DNA of 6,590 nucleotides, from the NCBI GenBank assembly GCA_028693335.1, contig JAQUVR010000032.1:1-6590 (forward strand), written 5' to 3'. Below, one piece after another: positions 1-5,221 of this stretch; within the stretch, counting starts at the first letter, position 1; each line of letters opens with the position of its first letter. A program made the position numbers and the translations under genes. Source of the stretch: Candidatus Iainarchaeum sp. (lineage in GTDB: Archaea; Iainarchaeota; Iainarchaeia; Iainarchaeales; CSSED10-239). The notes beneath the pieces are model-generated. The model saw only the letters and a program-made list of their open reading frames with translations. It was not told where the DNA came from and searched no databases.

Positions 1-113
1 TCTTTTTCTAATAAGGAATTAGAGGATATGTAATTGATATAAAAAATATATTTATATATTAAACATATCCAATATTTGTATATTTTCAAAAAAATAAAGA
101 GAGGTTTATAATT

Positions 114-323
114 ATGGAAAAAAAAGATAGATTTGAAGATCCAAAAATTGCTCTTGCAGGAACAATAGGAGCATTTGCTGTTGGATTAGCTGCGTTAATT
201 GTAATTTTTGCAAGAAATTATACTTGGATAATAATTTTTACAACATTTATACTGTGTTTTTTTGGTGTGGCAATATCAAAAAATGATTGTTGTTGTGAAA
301 GTAAAAAAGAGAAAAAAAAATAA
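114..323 (+). CDS. hypothetical small membrane protein, two predicted TM helices, C-terminal CCC motif and Lys-rich tail
   Basis: 69-aa ORF with an ATG start. GAGAGG Shine-Dalgarno-like motif at 99-104, 9 nt upstream. Two hydrophobic stretches (IALAGTIGAFAVGLAALIVIFA and YTWIIIFTTFILCFFGVAI), then SKNDCCCESKKEKKK. No family recognised. Confidence 0.5.
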   Translation: MEKKDRFEDPKIALAGTIGAFAVGLAALIVIFARNYTWIIIFTTFILCFFGVAISKNDCCCESKKEKKK

Positions 324-344
324 TTAAAAGATAGTGATCTCAAT

Positions 345-731
345 ATGATTTTAAGACCAGCAAAGAGACTATCACCAACAGTAATTTCTAACATGAAGAA
401 AAAACGTTTAGAAAAGTTAAAACCAAAACCAGTAATAGATGTAGACACAAAAATTCAAAGAATCGGAGCAGAGATCAAAGCACTTAGAATTATTTCTGAA
501 TATGATCCTATTTTGATGAAATCTTTTAAAAGACCAACCTTGGAGACAATGAAAAAAAATATTTTAGATCTTATTACTAAAATAGAAACAGATATAAAAT
601 TTATAGAGGGATTAAAACTAAACAAGCCAAAATTAGGTCTTAATATTGAGATAAATAATTTTAAATCTCAAAAAGACGCATCAAACAAAATATTGGATTT
701 AATTAATAAAAAATTGAAAGAATTAGAATAG
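345..731 (+). CDS. hypothetical basic, Lys/Leu/Ile-rich, probably coiled-coil protein
   Basis: 128-aa ORF, 21 nt after the previous stop and on the same strand. No clear SD. The alternative in-frame ATG at 393 (MKKKRLEKLK...) is equally plausible. No recognisable catalytic motif. The antisense ORF 218..448 looks like a shadow ORF. Confidence 0.45.
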   Translation: MILRPAKRLSPTVISNMKKKRLEKLKPKPVIDVDTKIQRIGAEIKALRIISEYDPILMKSFKRPTLETMKKNILDLITKIETDIKFIEGLKLNKPKLGLNIEINNFKSQKDASNKILDLINKKLKELE

Positions 732-826
732 TTTAATATTATTTAATTTTTTAAAAGGGTCTAATTTTTTATTTTTGGTTTTCTCACAAAAATTATTTGA
801 TTTAAATTTTAATAATTAAGACAAAA

Positions 827-1405
827 ATGGAAACTAAATTTATTGGAATTTGCGGAAGAAGTTGTAGTGGAAAATCTACACTATCTAAAAAATTAGTTTC
901 TAATTATCCAGATCTGTTTGATTATATCCCAGCAGATAAATTTACTATTTCTTGCAATAATCAAAATAGATCTCTAATTGAATGGGAAAGACCAGAATGT
1001 CTAAGAATAGATAAATTAATTAATTGTCTAATAGATCTAAAAACAGGAAAATCCACAAAAATACCATCAAAAAGGTGTACAGAGATCTTTGATAAAGAAA
1101 TTTTTCCTAAAAAGTTTGTAATTGTTGATGGTTTTTTATTATTTGCTGATCAAAGATTAATAGATCTTTTTGATTATAAATTTTATATAGACATAACCGA
1201 TGATCAAATTTTAAAAAGAAGACAAATACGAAAAGAAAATGATTCTTTAGATGATATAAATTATATTAAAGAAAAAATAATACCCATAAGCAAAGAATAT
1301 GAAACAATTCAAAAACAAAATGCAGATATGATTCTTTCTTTTGAAAATTCTTTTGAGAAAAGTTATGATATTATAAAAAATAAAATCTTTGAAAAGTTAA
1401 TCTGA
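827..1405 (+). CDS. P-loop nucleoside kinase, uridine kinase / nicotinamide riboside kinase (NRK1-like) family
   Basis: Walker A GICGRSCSGKST near the N-terminus. Acceptor-site Asp in IPADKF. VIVDGFLLF Walker-B-like strand followed by YIDITDDQILKRRQIR. Block by block this mirrors my recollection of human NRK1 (IIGISGVTNSGKTT / SQDDFF / LIIEGFLLF / ...CKRRRSTR) and of uridine kinases. No SD. An A/T-rich TATA-like TTTAAATTTT lies about 20-27 nt upstream of the ATG. Confidence 0.8.
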   Translation: METKFIGICGRSCSGKSTLSKKLVSNYPDLFDYIPADKFTISCNNQNRSLIEWERPECLRIDKLINCLIDLKTGKSTKIPSKRCTEIFDKEIFPKKFVIVDGFLLFADQRLIDLFDYKFYIDITDDQILKRRQIRKENDSLDDINYIKEKIIPISKEYETIQKQNADMILSFENSFEKSYDIIKNKIFEKLI

Positions 1406-1428
1406 TTTCTACTTTTTTTAAAGATCTG

Positions 1429-1465
1429 TTTATAAATATTTTGTCACTTGTACATATATACAAGT
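1429..1465 (+). promoter_or_regulatory. putative promoter (TTTATAAATA box) plus palindromic operator ACTTGTA-N6-TACAAGT upstream of the arsR-grx-prx operon
   Basis: TATA-like TTTATAAATA at 1429-1438. Perfect 7-bp inverted repeat at 1446-1452 and 1459-1465 with a 6-nt spacer, immediately upstream of the likely arsR start codons (1472 or 1481). The geometry fits a dimeric winged-helix autoregulator. Confidence 0.45.
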
Positions 1466-1471
1466 AAAGAG

Positions 1472-1750
1472 ATGTTAAAAATGACCCAATATTTACTATT
1501 TAAGGCACTTGGCGATAAAACAAGATTTTTAATAGTTGAAAAACTTTTAGAAAACAAAAAAAATTGTTGTACAGATCTAGCAGAGATTACTAATAGAGAT
1601 CTTTCTACTATTTCAAGACAACTAGAGATTCTAAAAAAAGCAAATATTATAGAAATAAAAAAAATAAAAAAAAATAAGTGTATAAGTTTAACAAATAAAA
1701 CAGCAATAAAAAAAATAATTAAAGACATTAATAAAATAAAAGAGAGGTAA
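1472..1750 (+). CDS. ArsR/SmtB-family winged-helix transcriptional regulator
   Basis: LFKALGDKTRFLIVEKLL...CCTDLAEITNRDLSTISRQLEILKKANII matches the ArsR HTH signature (fkaLsdptRl.Il..L / stvS.HL..L..aGlv). The ORF-track start at 1448 is a TTG lying inside the palindrome, so ATG 1472 or ATG 1481 is more likely. The stop lies 3 nt before the next gene. Confidence 0.8.
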   Translation: MLKMTQYLLFKALGDKTRFLIVEKLLENKKNCCTDLAEITNRDLSTISRQLEILKKANIIEIKKIKKNKCISLTNKTAIKKIIKDINKIKER

Positions 1751-1753
1751 AAT

Positions 1754-1984
1754 ATGACAAATATAACTGTATATTCTACAAAAATGTGTCCATACTGTGT
1801 TATGGCAAAAAAATATTTGGAATCTAAAAATATTGCGTTTACAGATGTGGATGTAAGTAGTGATTATAGTAAGGCATTAGAAATGGTTAAAAAATCAGGT
1901 CAACAAGGAGTTCCAGTAATAGATATTGATGGACAAATAATTGTTGGTTTTGATAGACAAAAAATAGATCAAATACTTAAATAA
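1754..1984 (+). CDS. glutaredoxin-like / NrdH-like small thiol-disulfide oxidoreductase (CPYC active site)
   Basis: 76 aa. [17 protein letters not shown] with a CPYC redox motif. [16 protein letters not shown] is the typical cis-Pro region of the Grx/NrdH fold. GAGAGG SD at 1742-1747 lies inside the arsR 3' end, suggesting translational coupling. Confidence 0.85.
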   Translation: MTNITVYSTKMCPYCVMAKKYLESKNIAFTDVDVSSDYSKALEMVKKSGQQGVPVIDIDGQIIVGFDRQKIDQILK

Positions 1985-2001
1985 AATTTTGGAGGAAAAA
2001 A

Positions 2002-2655
2002 ATGGATTTACAAAATACATTTCCGTTAATCGGAGATAAATTACCAGAAATGGTTGTACAAACAACAAAAGGGGTAATAAATTTACCAGAAGCTTATAAT
2101 GGCAAATGGTTAGTCTTATTTAGTCACCCAGGAGACTTTACTCCTGTATGTACTACAGAGTTTGTAAGTTTTGCAAAGAAAAAAGAAGAATTTGATAAAC
2201 TTAATACGGAATTGTTAGGTTTATCAATGGATCAAGTACAATCACATATTGTTTGGGAAAATTGGATTAAAGAAAACTTAAATCAAGAAATTAATTTCCC
2301 AATAATTGCTGATTCAGGCAAAGTTGCAACAACATTAGGTATGCTTCATCCAAACAAAGGATCTAACACAGTAAGAGCTGTTTTTATTATAGATCCTAAC
2401 GGGATAATAAGACTAATCATGTACTACCCACAAGAAATTGGTAGAAGTGTTGATGAAGTTATCAGAAGTATAAAAGCACTACAAATAACAGATAAATACA
2501 AAGTGGCAACACCAGAAAACTGGCCAAATAATCCAATCATAAAAGATAATGTGATTATTCCGCCAGCAAAAGATACAGAAACAGCAAAGCAAAGATTAAT
2601 TGATTACAAAGATAGTTGTTTTGATTGGTGGATGTGTTATAAGAAACTTGAATAA
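2002..2655 (+). CDS. peroxiredoxin, Prx6-subfamily, archaeal-type 3-Cys thiol peroxidase
   Basis: [10 protein letters not shown]...[21 protein letters not shown] carries the peroxidatic Cys motif (Cys50). The C-terminal CFDWWMC (Cys206, Cys212) matches the C-x-D-W-W-x-C pair known from Aeropyrum pernix-type Prx. GGAGG SD at 1991-1995. Confidence 0.92.
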   Translation: MDLQNTFPLIGDKLPEMVVQTTKGVINLPEAYNGKWLVLFSHPGDFTPVCTTEFVSFAKKKEEFDKLNTELLGLSMDQVQSHIVWENWIKENLNQEINFPIIADSGKVATTLGMLHPNKGSNTVRAVFIIDPNGIIRLIMYYPQEIGRSVDEVIRSIKALQITDKYKVATPENWPNNPIIKDNVIIPPAKDTETAKQRLIDYKDSCFDWWMCYKKLE

Positions 2656-2675
2656 AGTTTCTTTTTTCTTTTTTT
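2641..2675 (+). terminator. putative intrinsic terminator at the end of the prx operon
   Basis: AAGAAACT (2641-2648) pairs with AGTTTCTT (2656-2663) around a 7-nt loop containing the prx stop codon. It is followed by the T-rich tail TTTTCTTTTTTT (2664-2675). The stem is short and AT-rich, so confidence is moderate. Confidence 0.4.
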
Positions 2676-2717
2676 AATAGTTAATATATATAAATCTAAT
2701 TTTTTATTAATATATAT

Positions 2718-3848
2718 GTGAATTTATTAAATAAAAAAATATATTTTAGAATAATAATTGTTCTTACTCTAATATTATTTTTAACAACAACCCTTATTTT
2801 TAATTATAATTATCAAAAACTATTAGATAATCATAATAAACTTACTGCAAACTATTCTGATTTGTTTATTAGATACAATGATTTACTGTTTTTAAATGAA
2901 AACACAACTCAAGAACTATTAGATTTGGATCTAGAATATAAAGATCTTAATGAAAAATATAACTTAGAAATGCAAGAAAAAGAAACCATTTTAGAAGAAC
3001 TAAATACATTAGATCAAGAATATACCGGGGTTTTGAAAGATTATAATCAATTATTAATAGAAATTGGAATATTTAAAGAAAATATTGAAGAATCTATGAA
3101 TTGGTTTAGGAATAATTCAACTATTGACTCTTTAAAAGAATCCAGGAAAATAAAAAATTTACTTAGAACTTGTACAGATTGTCAAGAGGATAATTGTTAC
3201 ATAAAAACAGCTTGTATAGATCTAATAAATAAAAAAGAACTTTATTTAGAATATGAATTAGATTCAGTACTTTTAGAAAATACAGATAAATTACAAACCA
3301 TTGAAAGTTTTTTAATAAACCGAAAAGGAGATTGTGAAGATTTTTCTTTATTTTATGTTGCTCAATTGAGGTATTTAATAGATTATATTGGATCAATTAA
3401 TAAAACACCAATAATAGAAACAATAATAGAATCAAATACAAATAAGCCATATTATATAACAAACAAATGGTATTATCCAAATGGTGTTGAAAAAGAGATA
3501 TTATCAAAAAATTATATTTACCCATATGTTGCTTGTGGAAATTTATCTGATCCAAATACAAATGATTTTGGTGGGCATTGTGTTGTTTTATTAAGTGATA
3601 AAAAAATAAATAATTATCAAGATCTATTATCTTTAAATAATGCAAAACTAATAGAACCACAAAATGGAATGTATTTAGGAGATTTAGAAAATAAAGATGG
3701 TTTGCTTTTTTTAGATGGTGGTAATGTTTTTAGTATAATTACAGATAATGATTATTATTTACATGAAAACAGATTATTTAGAGAAAAAACAGATAGACAT
3801 TGGTATAGTTACGGATATTATTTACAAAAAATTAATGAATTAGAATAA
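2718..3848 (+). CDS. membrane-anchored coiled-coil protein with a C-terminal transglutaminase-like (papain-fold) Cys-His-acid domain
   Basis: 376-aa ORF. The only start upstream of the N-terminal hydrophobic anchor (IYFRIIIVLTLILFLTTTLIF) is GTG 2718. About 100 aa of heptad-like K/E/L/N repeats follow. Next is a Cys cluster CTDCQEDNCYIKTAC. RKGDCEDFSLFYVAQLRYL (Cys206) resembles the transglutaminase-like G-x-C-x-D-F/Y-A...LLR motif. GGHCVVLL (His287) and LIEPQNG (Glu313) sit where His and Asp of the triad are expected. Confidence 0.7.
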   Translation: MNLLNKKIYFRIIIVLTLILFLTTTLIFNYNYQKLLDNHNKLTANYSDLFIRYNDLLFLNENTTQELLDLDLEYKDLNEKYNLEMQEKETILEELNTLDQEYTGVLKDYNQLLIEIGIFKENIEESMNWFRNNSTIDSLKESRKIKNLLRTCTDCQEDNCYIKTACIDLINKKELYLEYELDSVLLENTDKLQTIESFLINRKGDCEDFSLFYVAQLRYLIDYIGSINKTPIIETIIESNTNKPYYITNKWYYPNGVEKEILSKNYIYPYVACGNLSDPNTNDFGGHCVVLLSDKKINNYQDLLSLNNAKLIEPQNGMYLGDLENKDGLLFLDGGNVFSIITDNDYYLHENRLFREKTDRHWYSYGYYLQKINELE

Positions 3849-3863
3849 GGAGTGATTTAAAAA

Positions 3864-5207
3864 ATGATAAATTTTGTTTTTGGTTCCCAATGGGGAGATG
3901 AAGGAAAAGGTAAAATTGTTGATTATTTAACAGAAAAATCAGACATTGTTGTAAAACACCACGGTGGTGCTAATGCTGGGCACACAATTTATGTTGATAA
4001 CGAAAAATATGTTTTTCATTTGATTCCAGGTGGGATACTTCATAAAAACAAAATTTGTGTAATAGGTAATGATACTGTTTTAGATTTATTAACATTAAAA
4101 GACGAACTACAAATTTTAAAAGAAAAAAATATATCTTACAAAAATAGACTATTTATTGGAGAAAGAGCTCACATAACTTTACCATATCATAGACTTTTAG
4201 ACGTTGCTTTAGAGATAAAAAAAGGGAAAGCTGCGGTTGGAACAACAGCAAGAGGAATTGGTCCAACATATGCAAATAAAATTAATAGAATTGGAATTGT
4301 TGCAAATGATCTTTTAGATAAAAAGATTTTAAAAAATAAAATTACTATTGCAAATAATGAAATAATAGATATTGTAAAAAAAGTTTATGGTCTTGATAAT
4401 AAAAAAATAAAAGAAATTTTATCTAATTTTAAATATTTAGATCACTCAGCTTTAGATTATTATGATCAAAAAACAGGACTAGATGTAGATAAGTTAGTAA
4501 ATAAATATTATAAAATAGGACAAGAATTAAAAAATAACATAACAGATATAAGTTTATTATTAAACCAACAATTAGAAAAAAAGAAAAAAGTACTTGCGGA
4601 AGGATCTCATGGTATTTTGTTAGATATAAATTACGGGACATATCCTTTTGTTACAACATCAGTTTGTATTGCAGGTAATGTTTTTTCATCAATTGGTACT
4701 TCTCCAAAATATCTAGATAAATCTATTGGAATTGTAAAAAGTTATACAACTAGAGTTGGTGCAGGTCCATTTCCTACAGAATTAAATGAAGATATTGGTA
4801 AATATTTACAAGAAAAAGGAAAAGAATTTGGTGCAACTACTGGAAGACCAAGGCGTTGTGGTTGGTTAGATCTTTGTATTATTAGATATTCTAAAATGCT
4901 TAATGGAATGAATGAAATCGCATTAACAAAAGTTGATATTTTAACAGGTCTTAAAAAAATAAAAGTTTGTGTTGGTTATAAATTAAAAAATGGATCAATA
5001 ATTAAAACTGTTCCTTATGATCTATATAATGTTAAACCAATCTATAAGGAATTACCTGGTTGGGATCAAGATATAATTAACATTAAAAAATATAAGGATC
5101 TACCATTAAATTTAAAGAAATATATAGAATTTATTGAAAAAGAAGTTGGTGTTAAAATAAAATATATATCTGTTGGCCAAAATAGAGATCAAACAATAAT
5201 AAAATAA
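3864..5207 (+). CDS. purA: adenylosuccinate synthetase (long, bacterial/eukaryal-type)
   Basis: GSQWGDEGKGKIVDYL P-loop, GGANAGHT, GTTARGIGPTY, EGSHGILLDINYGTYPFVTTS, TRVGAGPFPTEL and GATTGRPRRCGWLD motifs all appear in canonical order. AAGGAG SD at 3847-3852. Confidence 0.95.
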   Translation: MINFVFGSQWGDEGKGKIVDYLTEKSDIVVKHHGGANAGHTIYVDNEKYVFHLIPGGILHKNKICVIGNDTVLDLLTLKDELQILKEKNISYKNRLFIGERAHITLPYHRLLDVALEIKKGKAAVGTTARGIGPTYANKINRIGIVANDLLDKKILKNKITIANNEIIDIVKKVYGLDNKKIKEILSNFKYLDHSALDYYDQKTGLDVDKLVNKYYKIGQELKNNITDISLLLNQQLEKKKKVLAEGSHGILLDINYGTYPFVTTSVCIAGNVFSSIGTSPKYLDKSIGIVKSYTTRVGAGPFPTELNEDIGKYLQEKGKEFGATTGRPRRCGWLDLCIIRYSKMLNGMNEIALTKVDILTGLKKIKVCVGYKLKNGSIIKTVPYDLYNVKPIYKELPGWDQDIINIKKYKDLPLNLKKYIEFIEKEVGVKIKYISVGQNRDQTIIK

Positions 5208-5221
5208 AATTTTATTGCATT

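Noticed and set aside
1-33. Possible 3' end of an upstream plus-strand gene (...SFSNKELEDM*)
   Set aside because: Only 10 codons are visible and the other frames also terminate within 22 nt, so the frame and existence of the gene cannot be established from the window.
218-448. Minus-strand ORFs 218..448, 1444..1728, 3163..3396, 3397..3660 and 4429..4641
   Set aside because: All lie antisense to ORFs with clear homology or better coding features. Their products are Phe/Leu/Ile/Tyr-rich and low in complexity, as expected from reading A/T-rich coding sequence backwards. None has an SD or a family signature. They are treated as shadow ORFs.
791-817. AATTATT-N13-AATAATT inverted repeat upstream of the kinase gene
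   Set aside because: It is A/T-only with a long spacer and is not distinguishable from background in a region that is about 15% GC.
717-3848. Recurrent C-terminal endings KELE*, KKLE* and NELE* on three proteins (ends at 731, 2655 and 3848)
   Set aside because: The proteome here is dominated by K, E, L, N and I, so short shared endings are likely coincidental. No extended nucleotide repeat surrounds them beyond GAATTAGAATA in two cases.
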